Shown here in pieces: positions 1 to 10,989 of a DNA stretch of 42,498 nucleotides (positions are counted from its first letter, which is position 1; each line of letters starts with the position of its first letter). The notes beneath the pieces were generated by a model. The model saw nothing but the letters and a program-made list of their open reading frames with translations. It was not told where the DNA came from and searched no databases. The translations under genes were made by a program, and so were the position numbers. The stretch is from Octopus bimaculoides (taxonomy: Eukaryota), in contig NC_068990.1 in the NCBI RefSeq assembly GCF_001194135.2, positions 83,164,555 through 83,207,052 of the forward strand, read 5' to 3'.

Positions 1-806
1 TTTTTTTTTTTTTTTTTTTTTTTTTTGTATTTTTACATTTCATATGAAGTGATATTCTTTCTCGCAAGTTTTTCATATTCAGTATTTCCTCGACTTTTTT
101 CTCTCCTTGCTACACCCTCTCTTTGTCTTCTTTCTTTCTTTCTTTCTCGCTCTCATTCCCCCTCTCTAACTCTCTCTCTCTCTATCTATCTATCTCTGAG
201 GTACTCAATGGTACACTTGTACTCAAAAGCATATACACCTATACACCTACACAATTATAGACTGCATCGCATTATTTCCCGCCGAAATGAATCTGTTTTC
301 ACATCGTCGCCTAACATGTTTTAAAATAACGCAATAGCCTGCTACGTGTAAAATACAAAATAAGACGTGTCGGCCATTTTGCACGCGCAATGAAAATACA
401 GTATCTATGTCTGCTCGACGTGGAGTAACAGTGGCCAAACCAGTATCTGGAGAGGAATACACGTATCTTCATAGATTATTAAGAGAAAATGAGGCAGCGT
501 CCATCGTTTATTTGCAGATTCTCTCACTTTGGTGTTATCTTTGCCTAGCCCTAGTATCTGTAGGTTAATGTATACAAGAAAATGTCGGCAGCGAGCAAAC
601 GAGTGGTCTGGTTCAAATGTAATTGTCTGAATTCAGCTAAAGAAAATCTACAAAACTACAAGAAGTTGTTAAACTGGGAATTATATTACAACTACCACAC
701 AACTTATGAGAAATTTAGTAATAAACTAAACTCAAGACAGAGTCTTTGGTGTTTATAGTCAGAAATAGTTATTGTACTAAAATGAATTCGGTCAAGAATG
801 TGTGAT

Positions 807-1263
807 GAGCATCACGCAATCAAAGCCATGACGGAGAGGCAGTTTTTTCTTATTTTCTTTTTTCTTTTTCTTTTGATACAATTTGTCGCGCAGGATAGAA
901 CGCTGAGGACTCGGTCATGCAAAGGTCCATATTCCAGAACAAATAGAAACGCCCAAGTGTGACATAGCAGCATTTAGACGGGAAGGGGTCTACTTATGTT
1001 AAGATCGAAGACGAAATGTGGGTGAAACCACCAAATGCACGGTGCACAACTCAGTGGGAGAAAAGGTGGGTGACTGCAGTTAACACTTGGGATAACATAT
1101 ATCTGTGGACGAAAGGCCGAGTAAGATCATCTTGGACGTTCGTACGGCTGTTAACTCTTCTGATGACAAAGGAGAGTGAGACGTCAGACTCGTGATCTTA
1201 CGAAGGTCGCAAAGGGAGCATTGACTAACCACATAGGTGCTTGATGACTTTGCATTGGAATAG
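807..1263 (+). mobile_element. Ty3/Gypsy integrase C-terminal remnant (stops, frameshifts, T-rich insertion)
   Basis: Manual translation gives EHHAIKAMTER...F*YNLS...SVMQRSIFQNK*KRPSV...EMWVKPPNARCTTQWEKRWVTAVN...ILDVR...LRRSQREH*...LDDF. This matches the recalled Gypsy integrase end (ERHHRTIKAMAER/FWYNMSPR/VWVKPPNARCTTQW/LRRSQRER). Confidence 0.8.
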
Positions 1264-1271
1264 AAGAGCAG

Positions 1272-1450
1272 TGTGCAGGAATGATGAAGGTCTCCCTTCA
1301 TCAGGACAGGAATCAAGAGGAAGTGACGTCATTTCCAGAAGCAGGGCATTTGAATTGCGACTTCCTTCGTCAGGACGTTGAGGGAAACAGGCGCATGGAG
1401 GGAATCTCAAAGGTAGAGTAGTTACTGACCATAAATTGGGGTAGTAGTCA
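1272..1450 (+). mobile_element. Probable 3' LTR of the Gypsy element
   Basis: Begins TGTG right after the integrase stop and a degenerate purine tract (GGAATAGAAGAGCAG). Ends AGTCA, with CATAAA about 20 nt before the end. No second LTR is in the window to confirm it. Confidence 0.45.
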
Positions 1451-1497
1451 CGTGAAGATATGTCTAACGAGTTCTTCAGATCCTTGTGGAGTGGTAC

Positions 1498-1689
1498 TGT
1501 GTACCCATAGGTAAAAGCATTCGTATTTTGGTCCGTCTGTCCTTCTTTATAAAATGGCATCAGAGTAGCCAAATCTTGAATGCCCAATAACTTCACCACG
1601 TGCTACGCCATTTTTATCCAGGCCTCCACGTCACCTTCACCTGAAAACAGTCTCAACACATCGTTACTAATCCTTATCCTCGTGGCCAT
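1498..1689 (-). mobile_element. Ty3/Gypsy gag N-terminal remnant
   Basis: MATRIRISNDVLRLFSGEGDVEAWIKMA*HVVKLLGIQDLATLMPFYKEG...AFTYGYT resembles recalled Gypsy gag starts (FxGEGDVxAWxKKVxLVAKL...LPLYLEG). It has one stop and an apparent internal deletion. Confidence 0.7.
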
Positions 1690-1909
1690 CGTGAGTAGCG
1701 ACGGTAGAAAGGCAGGAAAGAAAAAATAAAATAGGAAATATATTCTCACTATAGCGAGGAAAAAATCTTGTAGAAAGTAGGGCCAAAGCACGAATCTCTT
1801 ACCACGAGACGAATCTAGTACAGGGTACACGACTCCACTTCACCCCTCCACAGTTTGTTTTTATATAAAGTTATATATAAAAGCAAGTTAACATTAAATT
1901 GATGGATCC

Positions 1910-2096
1910 GGGCAGTGAGATAGCAGGGTTGTTAGCACGCTGAGCAAAATCTTTATCAGTATTTCGTCAGCTGCTACGTTCTGAGTTCAAATTCCGCCGT
2001 GGTCGACTTTGCCTTTCATCCTTTCGAGGTCAATAAATTGAGTACCAGTTGCGTACTGAGGTCGATCTAATCGACTGGCTCCCTCTCCCAAAATTT
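1910..2096 (+). mobile_element. tRNA-headed SINE family A (octopus OR-type), diverged
   Basis: Contains GAGTTCAAATTCC (B-box-like) and the family core GTCGACTTTGCCTTTCATCCTTTCG..GTC.ATAAA.TAAGTACCAG, shared with more than 10 copies in the window. Confidence 0.85.
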
Positions 2097-2436
2097 GACT
2101 GCGGCCATGCTGGAGCACCACCTTTATTCGGTCAAATCGACCCCTTGACTTATTCTTTGTAAGCCTAGTACTTATTCTATCAGCCTCTTTTGCCGAACCG
2201 CTAAGTTACGGGCACGTAAACACACAGGCATCGGTTGTCAAGCGATGTTGAGGGGACAAACACAGACACACAAACATATATATATGACGGGCTTCTTTCA
2301 GTTTCCGTCTACCAAATCCACTCACAAGGCTTTGGTCAGCCTAAGTCTATAGTAGAAGACACTTTCCCAAGGTGCCACGCAGTGGGACTGAACCCGGGAC
2401 CATGTGGTTGGTAAGCAAGCTACTTACCACACAGTC
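2093..2436 (-). mobile_element. tRNA-headed SINE family B
   Basis: The minus strand reads GTGTGGTAAGTAGC..GGTTCAGTCCC..CCTTGGGAAAGTGTCTTCTACTATAG..GGAAACTGAAAGAAGCCCGTC. It is homologous to 34538-34872. Confidence 0.85.
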
Positions 2437-2984
2437 GTTATTCTAATATTCTCAAAGAAAGTCTATAGTCAGAAGACAAGACTTGCCTTGTAGGAGTCAT
2501 TATTAGTGTAATAAATACATGTAATAAGTTCCTGGCCGTTTCACACTATAATTACTTAGATGCTGAGTCAAGAAAAGACAAGTATCGAATAGTTTATTCA
2601 TGTCTAGATTTTTCAATAATTAATTTCTGATGGTAGAGAAAGAAAGATTATACTTTCATTACGATTCTTCACTCATTTCGTTCTGTGAAGAAACATCAAA
2701 CCAAGCGACTTGATAACGACATCACAAAATATTTCCGAATTAAGCATCGTTCGGTTAATCGAAGTGAAGTATAGATGATTTCTTTCATCACAAAAACAAA
2801 AAAAAAATCTTTTATTTATTTATCTAATTATTTATTTAGTTTTGTTTCGACTGCAAGAATTTACTTTAGCAAGGCATTTTCAGGGTCTCCAAAACTGGTG
2901 CTTTGAATTGGGGAGGGTAGATGTAAAGGCAATTATAATGGTGCAGTGTTGATTACTGTCACGTTTGTAACTTATCTAGCTTAT

Positions 2985-3143
2985 ATACATTATTTACATT
3001 ATTTACATTCGACGGATATTTGTCCTCATCTTGTTTGTTGTTAAAACAACGTTTCGGCTGATATTCCCTCCAGCCTTCTGCGGGTGTCTTGAGGAAATTT
3101 CAAACCTGGGCTCTCATTTCTAAGATATTTTTTGATGTTGTTG

Positions 3144-3213
<70 letters not shown>
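2985..3213 (-). mobile_element. Hammerhead-motif element (family H), copy 1, 5' head absent
   Basis: Homologous to 21564-21740. The minus strand has ACAC-CCGCAGA-A-GGCTG-GAGGGAATAT-CAGCC-GAAAC-GTT at about 3048-3088. Its 5' side runs into an (AAT)n array. Confidence 0.7.
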
Positions 3214-3214
<1 letters not shown>

Positions 3215-3255
3215 GTAATAGTAGAGAGTCTCCCTTCCTCAGCTTNNNNNNNNNN

Positions 3256-3308
<53 letters not shown>

Positions 3309-3483
3309 GTAATAGTAGAGAGTTTCCCTTCCTCAGCTTCTGCACTTTCTCTTATCAGCCCTTCTATGTGTTTCATGCGAGGATGCAGTCAATCTCCTTT
3401 TGGCTAATTATACTGAAACATTATGTGTCCGGAAAAATTGTTGATAAGTTTACACGCGCCCGTTAAATATGCATGTATTCTTC

Positions 3484-3700
3484 CTTTTCTACTCTAGGCA
3501 CAAGGCCCGAAATTTTAGAGGGAGGGGGCAGGTAGATTAGATCGACCATAGTACGCAACTGGTACTTAATTTATCGACCCCGAACGAATGAAAGGCAAAG
3601 TCGACCTCGGCGGAAATTGAACTCAGAACATAAAGACAGACGAAATACCGCTAAGCATTTCGCCCGGCTTGCTAATGTTACTTATTTCTTTATTGCCCAC
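3484..3700 (-). mobile_element. SINE A (A2 tail) preceded by the tail of an A1 copy running into a gap
   Basis: Family A core on the minus strand. 3681-3700 is the A1 tail GTGGGCAATAAAGAAATAAG. Confidence 0.85.
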
Positions 3701-4024
3701 NNNNNNNNNNNNNNNNNNNNNNNNNNNNNNNNNNNNNNNNNNNNNNNNNNNNNNNNNNNNNNNNNNNNNNNNNNNNNNNNNNNNNNNNNNNNNNNNNNNN
3801 NNNNNNNNNNNNNNNNNNNNNNNNNNNNNNNNNNNNNNNNNNNNNNNNNNNNNNNNNNNNNNNNNNNNNNNNNNNNNNNNNNNNNNNNNNNNNNNNNNNN
3901 NNNNNNNNNNNNNNNNNNNNNNNNNNNNNNNNNNNNNNNNNNNNNNNNNNNNNNNNNNNNNNNNNNNNNNNNNNNNNNNNNNNNNNNNNNNNNNNNNNNN
4001 NNNAATAGCCACCTTAATAATTTA

Positions 4025-4061
<37 letters not shown>

Positions 4062-4101
4062 TATGAGAGAAATTTGCCATCTCAATCACATGACGCACAG
4101 C

Positions 4102-4157
4102 CTGTTCGTATACACCATACTGTTCGTACACACCATACTATTCGTATACACCATACT
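4102..4157. repeat. 18-bp tandem repeat x3
   Basis: CTGTTCGTATACACCATA / CTGTTCGTACACACCATA / CTATTCGTATACACCATA. Confidence 0.9.
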
Positions 4158-5989
4158 TCATTGTTGATTACCTTAATCATACAAATATGCAAATACATTA
4201 ACAAGAATATGCAAATAATTTAACAATAACTGAGAACATAAAAATACATTGAGGAAAAACAGTACAAAATCGTTGTCTCCCGCTCATACGCAATTTCAGA
4301 TAAACTTAATCCACAAATATGTTTTGTAGAAAATATCGTGACTTTAATATCGAACAGCACATTGCATCTGACAGAGTGTCACATTTTCCAGAAATTAGTC
4401 TTGTCTACACTTTGCTAAGTATTTTTTGTTTCTTCATTTTTTCTCCATTGAAAATGCACAATAAATCTACTGAAGAAAAAGAGAAAGAAAATTCTGTCCC
4501 TTTAGTTCAGAATCCTGCTCTTTTCGCAACATTTTCCAAGCCTGTTTGCTATTAATCTCAACGAAAACCTTTGCAAGTTTTGCTTCAGGAACTGTAGGTA
4601 CACAAAATTATACTCTGTAAAGTAAAGTGAATCAACTCCTGCGAAGAATCGAAACCGTTTCTATTATTGGTGGCTTCTTTGCAGATTCATACAATTTACC
4701 AGCAATTTCAATTCTAATTCATTACTGCAAAGTATGGAAGGATGACGATTTTAAGGAAATGATCTTCTCCATAAAGCCAAGATTTTCAATATCAGGATGT
4801 AGAGGAGGATTTGATAGATTAAACAGTCATGAAATTCAGATAAGTTTGATTAATTAGCGCTGACTCTTAATTATAATCTTAAAATTAATTGAACTGAATG
4901 TGTCATAATAATTCCCTTTAATAACATAATGTATATCAGGAGCATTAGCAGCGGCATTTTATTGATGATGAGAGCAATATCAAATATTATTGAGAGTAAT
5001 GAGAAAGACGACGAAGGTTACAAAGATGATGATGATGATGATGACGATTATCATCATCATCAGAAAAATACTAATGAGGATCATGCTGATTATAGTAACC
5101 TTCATCATTACAATTATCATTGTCATCATCATCACCATTGTCTACATCATGCAAAGAGATTTTCCATGCTGTCTCTGAATCAACTAGATAAAAAAAACTG
5201 TGGAATTTCTTTCAAACCAGACGCTGAGAGGAACATTTAATGATGTTTTTCTAAATATCCTCTGCTGGAATATAATACGTGATAGTCTCCCATAGAACGT
5301 CTGTCTTTGTACATTGGTTCTCTTTGGGTCGAACAGAAGATAAATAATATCGAGATACGACAAGAACTGCTGCTATTCAATTTACAACCAAATTTCACCG
5401 TCTGATGCGTTGATAATTTAATAAATGAATCAATTTTCACTGTGTAGTAATCGAATGTTTTGCGTACCTGCGTTGTTCCTTGTTTAATAACATAGTGTGG
5501 CACCATGGACAACCTATTCTGCCAGAGACTCAAGTTTCCTTAAAATTTTGTTATTGTATTTTCGTAGACGGAAACTGAAAGGAAAATGTTGTATTTGACA
5601 GAAGGGTTCCATTGATGGATAAACTGCAAGTAAGGACGGGTCGAATCACCTGTTTTGAAGAAACACCTGTATACTGCAACAGATATTAAGTACTCTTCGT
5701 CTCTTTTTTAGAAACAACAGCGCGTATTTATATGTATATACATGCATTCGTATAGGCATTTTGAATGAAAACATCTTTAGATATTCAGTCCCAGTTACAT
5801 CCCTTAAAGCTAAGATGGACTTCGCGGTTTGATACATGGAGCTCGACAAAATATGTGCCAACCGACGTACCAAACTCGTCGCTACAAAATAATAAATGCT
5901 GTAAATGAGTTGCGCTAATATGGCCACCGAAACCAATAAAAGAATATGCTGCGAATTTGCTACTACAGTTATTTCTATGTCACATTAGC

Positions 5990-6055
5990 AATGTAATGAT
6001 AAAGGTACACTAATGATATAATGTAATGATAAAGGTACACTAATGATATAATGTA
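5990..6055. repeat. 30-bp perfect tandem duplication
   Basis: AATGTAATGATAAAGGTACACTAATGATAT x2 plus a partial unit. Confidence 0.9.
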
Positions 6056-6419
6056 TAACTTCTGCAAAGTAAGATGAATGAGGTAACGCATTTAATTAAC
6101 AATCAAAGTGCGTTTTCTCGGTCTATTTCACATTATCGATCATAGTTCTTAAAGATGCTATCGTCTGTCAACGATACAAATTATTGATCACTGGTAATGA
6201 AGTCATGATTTGAAAAAAAAAATGTAAATGAATTTGTGTCAAGCGCTCATGTTAAAGCTTTACTAACTGCATCTTATTGGTTGAATACCGTTTCGTAGAA
6301 GAGCTTAGTAATTCATTCATAGTCCATTTTATTTCTCAAAGTGAACAACGAATCGAAGTGGGGTACTTTGCTGACGTCAGCTATAGGTTTACAGTTTGTA
6401 TAATATTTATATATGCAAA

Positions 6420-6727
6420 GGGACGATGAGCTGGCAGAAACGTTAGCACGCCGGGCGAAATACTTAGCGGTATTTCGTCTGCCGTTACGGTGAGTTCAAA
6501 TTCCGCCAAGGTCGACTTTGCCTTTCATCCTTTCAGTGTCGATAAATTAAGTACCAGTTACGTACTGGGGTAGATGTAATCGACTTAATCCCTTTGTCTG
6601 TCCTTGTTTGTCCNNNNNNNNNNTAAGTACCAGTTACGTACTGGGGTAGATGTAATCGACTTAATCCCTTTGTCTGTCCTTGTTTGTCCCCTCTATGTTT
6701 AGCCCCTTGTGGGCAATAAAGAAATAA
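6420..6727 (+). mobile_element. SINE A1 (contains a 66-bp false duplication across a 10-N gap)
   Basis: Full head-core-tail ending GTGGGCAATAAAGAAATAA. 6548-6613 is identical to 6624-6689. Confidence 0.9.
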
Positions 6728-6731
6728 ATAT

Positions 6732-6925
6732 CATTAGCACGCCGGGCGAAATACTTAGCGGTATTTCGTCTGCCGTTACGTTCTGAGTTCAAATTGCGCC
6801 GTGGTCGACTTTTCCTTTCATCCTTTCGCGGTCAATAAATTAAGTACCAGTTGCGTACTGGGGTCGATCTAATCGATTGGTCACCTCCCTAAAAATTTTG
6901 CGCCTTGTGCCAAGGGTAGAAAAGA
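6732..6925 (+). mobile_element. SINE A2 lacking the first ~18 nt, abutting A1
   Basis: Starts at CATTAGCACGCCGGGCG. Tail is AAAATTTTGCGCCTTGTGCCAAGGGTAGAAAAG. Confidence 0.9.
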
Positions 6926-6948
6926 ATTTTTATATTTGTATTTAATTA

Positions 6949-7161
6949 GGGCGGCGAGCTAGCAGAATCGTTAGCACGGTGAACGAAATGCGTAGCGGAA
7001 TTTCTCCCGTCGCTACGTTTTTAGTTCAAATTCCACCGTGGTCGACTTTGCCTTTCATCCTTTCAGGGTCGGTAAAATAAGTACCAGTGAAACACTGGAG
7101 TCGATATAATCGACTAGTATCCTCCCCGAAAATTTCAGACCTTGTGCCTAGAGTAGAAAGG
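6949..7161 (+). mobile_element. SINE A2, full length
   Basis: GGCGGCGAGCT head through CCTTGTGCCTAGAGTAGAAAG tail. Confidence 0.9.
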
Positions 7162-7468
7162 ATTATTTTTATATTTATTTGAAACAAAGTCAGTATGCTT
7201 CAACAGACATGTGTTAAATAAAAACTTAAATATTTTGTAAACAAATAACAGAAAAATATATTAAGTACGTCATCTGGAAGAGCGAGATTTGCAAATTATT
7301 CTGTATGTATTCGATAAAATATTGGTTCAGAAGCGATGAATTATCATGAAATTTTGGCGAGAAATCCAAGCCACATCAGCGAACTTGTTTTTCATTCCTG
7401 TAATAAATTGCTTCATATTATCGGTTAGCTTTTAGAATCGTTAACGTGTCGGACAAAATACTTAGTGA

Positions 7469-7753
7469 CAGTGGCAGACTGGGTCTAAAAATATTGGATG
7501 CCAGGAGACTAAGGGGGCCCACACGCAACTGTAATGCTATCATTTATTTTATTTATTTATTATTTTCTTTTTTGTAAAAAGTATTCTTTTCAGCTGAAAT
7601 AATTAATGCATTCTTCCAGGAGTGAATAAAAACTTCCCAAACTTGAGGGTATGGGCCCCTTAGATACTAACATGGGTCTCCATATATAGATTCTAATGGT
7701 GCAGGGGCCCACTTGCTATCGGACAAGCTGGCAACCTGGCCAGTCCGCCACTG
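7469..7753. mobile_element. hAT-type MITE inserted in an old SINE A
   Basis: TIRs CAGTGGCAGACTGG / CCAGTCCGCCACTG match at 13/14. The 8-bp flanks CTTAGTGA and CTTATTGG can both derive from the SINE A sequence CTTAGCGG. SINE A sequence continues on both sides (about 7428-7468 and 7754-7930). Confidence 0.8.
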
Positions 7754-8163
7754 CTTATTGGAATTCCTTCTGGATCTATATACTTTAAGTCCAGCTACTC
7801 CGGAGATAAACTGCGTTTTCTTTATTCCTTAAGGTTGTTAGAATAAAGTACCAGTCATTTCATAAGGTCGATGTCATCAGCTACACTCTCCACCACCTCC
7901 GCTTGTTGGCTTTATACCAAACTTAGAAGGAATTATATCTAATATCGCTTTGTTTGTTTATCTATTTCTCTATATATATGTATGCGTGTTTATAAGTATG
8001 CATGTATGTATATGCACATGTAAGCGTATATATGTATGTAAGTGTGAACATATGTATATGTTTATATATCTAAATATATATAATAGATACATACATGTAC
8101 ATGCTTATATATAGTAAAATATAATATACTTATACACTTATCTATGTGTCTGTTTATGTCTGC

Positions 8164-8217
<54 letters not shown>

Positions 8218-8374
8218 NNNNNNNNNNNNNNNNNNNNNNNNNNNNNNNNNNNNNNNNNNNNNNNNNNNNNNNNNNNNNNNNNNNNNNNNNNNNNNNNNNN
8301 NNNNNNNNNNNNNNNNNNNNNNNNNNNNNNNATATATACACACACACACACACACATATATATATCTATATATT

Positions 8375-8408
<34 letters not shown>

Positions 8409-9727
8409 TATGTATGCATATGTAGCTTGAAAGACCCCGTTATGATGTGTAGTGGGCTAATCACCCATTGATGTGGCTATAATAAGTCAAGTAATTGACT
8501 CTGTTTATCGCACTTTTTGTGAGATAAACCAATATTGATTGTTTGATTGATAGATAATAAAAAAAGTGAACAAAAAGTAAAATAAAAGCGGAAAGAACAA
8601 CAAAATTATTCAAAAATGGTTAATGTGATGTCTGAGAGGCAGTTATTGCGAAAATTGATGACAGGATTTGTCTGAGGTTTCTCTGTTTAGGTGATTTTCG
8701 CGTATCATTTAATTTTATTGTTCTTTTATCTCTTATCGGTTTTTAATTACACATTTTAACCTGTTAGTCACGACAGTAAATTGAGGTTTCGTTTCTGTGA
8801 GCTGGTTGCAGTCATTGTTAGAAAGCTTAATTTGATTTTAGTTTTCAATCTCGATCTTATAAATTCTAACATGATATTAAGAGACGAGTCGGTCAGGTCA
8901 ACGAAGTAGCCTTTATATTAGTGTTAGATTATCGCTAGGTTATCGCTAGAAATGATAACCAGCCTGCCATTAAATCACACCCCTACCGTCTTAAATTTAG
9001 AAAGGACACTTCGAATTATGTAGTCTTAGATACACTGTGAATAAAAAAAAAGTAAATACGGAAAACAATGATCAAAGAGGCCGGAACGTCTTTGATCATA
9101 AATGTACTCAGTCATGAGTGACTTAACGTTAAACAACATGGAGAAAAACAACATACGTACACAGACAGCTACACATACAGTGTCGGACTAAAAGTAATGA
9201 ACATAATCTTTATTGGACTAAGAGCTGATCTGGAGCTACAAAACATGGTGAAAAAGATTTTCATTGGATTTCAACCTACATTTGTCTTCTGTTCCTTAAT
9301 GCATTTGAGGACATTGAAAATATTTTAACTCTCAGAATTTGTCCACAGATGAACAGTAGCCCACATAAGAAGGCTTTATAAAAGAAGGTAACCCTTGTTC
9401 ACAACAAGTATCATTTGAATATTATGGGGTATCAGTTAGACAGCACATACGAAACGACATCGGCCAATCAAAGACACTTCAGAAAAGAGAGAAGAGCATC
9501 TTACCTCAATGTGTCTAATTTCCGCAACGAGTCTTTTATAGAAATATTAATCACCTCCGTATTTGACTAGTTGATCCCTTAATCCAACATGGAAGGTTAA
9601 AAGGCAGGATTTGAGTTCAGAGTGTAAAGGGATACACAGTCCTACAATATTTTGTCCGGCTCTCTAATGATTTTCATTCATTCGATCTTCTGTGGCGTAG
9701 AGAATAAGGACGTTTGAAACCTTTGTT

Positions 9728-9780
<53 letters not shown>

Positions 9781-9918
9781 ATATGAATTCAGCCGGGGAG
9801 AAATTAATGATTCTCTACGTCAAATGATGTCGTCCTTGGTTCAAGAATAAGACAAGGCATCTGATTACGACGTTGATAAATAGCAATAATTGTAAGTTAG
9901 AAAATATATGTATTTCTC

Positions 9919-10122
9919 AAACTGTCAAAAGCAGGTATCACAAGCCCTGTCTATAAAAGAGGAAACAGAGCAGATGCTAAAAATTACAGGCCTATCTCTC
10001 TGACTTCACCCGTTAGCAAGATCCTGGAACGCATTGTCAGGAGCCTGATCACGTTCTTTGAAAAGAATAACTTCCTCACAAACACATAACATGGCTTCCG
10101 CCCAAGGAGGAGCTGCCTCACA
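9919..10122 (+). mobile_element. CR1/Jockey-group LINE reverse-transcriptase fragment
   Basis: 68 codons: KLSKAGITSPVYKRGNRADAKNYRPISLTSPVSKILERIVRSLITFFEKNNFLTNT*HGFRPRRSCLT, containing the NYRPISLTS and QHGFR..RSC motifs. Confidence 0.9.
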
Positions 10123-10207
10123 TTATGTTTGGGTACCGAAACAGCAGGGTACCTTTCTGACGTCAGCTATAGGTGTATATTTTGTATAATATTTTATATA
10201 TGCAAAG

Positions 10208-10440
10208 GGCGACGAGCTGGCAGAATCGTTAGCACGCCGGGAGAAATACTTAGCGGTATTTCGTCTGTCGTTACGTTCTGAGTTCAAATTCCGCCGAGGT
10301 CGACTTTGCCTTTTATCCTTTCGGGGTCGATAAATTAAGTACCAGTTACGCACTGGGGTCAATGTAATCGACTTAATACCATTGTCTGTTCTTGTTTGTC
10401 CCCTCTATGTTTAGCCCCTTGTGGGCAATAAAGAAATAAG
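10208..10440 (+). mobile_element. SINE A1, full length
   Basis: Head, core and GTGGGCAATAAAGAAATAAG tail are all present. Confidence 0.9.
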
Positions 10441-10989
10441 AGACTGTAGAAATGCGCCGAATAAGTAGAGAGGAGGCAAAATAAGAAAAAATTAAACAGA
10501 AAGCAAAGCAAGTAAATGAATTCTAATTTGCTGTCCAGATTTTGATAGCATTTCACACATATTCTAGCAATATACTTTAACAATAATGTAGAATTTCTTC
10601 CACCCGTTTTTATGCTTTAAGTTTCATTGACACCCTCATTTGGCAACCTCACAAACAGTTAAATAGCTTCTCTTCAGGTTTTATGTAAGTGGATGTTTTG
10701 TGTTACTCTCACAGGTTTCTATCTTACATATATGGAAATTTTAATTAAAATACATTTAAATATTCTAAAATTAAGTGACGTTCATTTTCGTGGTCTTATT
10801 AATACAATCAATAATTGCATGATGCTAATTAAATGTTCGTGCTTAAACTTACATCATTTAAAATAGTTTATTCAGTTGAAAGGAATATATTTTACAAAAT
10901 AAAAGCAAAAAAAAGGAGAAAGAGAAAAAAGCATCAATGCAGAATTATGTAACTCAATTAGTTGCATACCACATGGTTGAACGAAAGCT

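Noticed and set aside
1-26. Poly-T runs here and at 14656-14689 as retrocopy poly(A) tails
   Set aside because: No identifiable element body or TSD is attached, and the first run is cut by the window edge.
1770-1852. TGTGGAGGGG start and TGGCCCTAC as the 5' LTR and tRNA-Ile primer-binding site of the gag fragment
   Set aside because: It does not match the putative LTR at 1272-1450, and the PBS similarity is too short.
4460-4830. Minus-strand protein-like reading (LFNLSNPPLHPDIENLGFMEK...VFVEINSKQAWKMLRKEQDSELKG)
   Set aside because: About five stops in 120 codons and no recognisable motif. It cannot be distinguished from background without a search.
5200-5535. Plus-strand Cys-containing reading (IERLSLYIGSLWVEQ...SNVLRTCVVPCLIT) as a possible pseudo-exon
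   Set aside because: Four in-frame stops, no convincing splice sites and no domain I can name.
8062-8471. Many long ORFs of MCVCV / YIYIY / HTHT / poly-X type (also 19776-20375, 23684-24123, 27287-27967, 30047-30807, 32474-33616, 40080-40772)
   Set aside because: They are translations of dinucleotide/tetranucleotide repeats and N gaps, with no coding signal.
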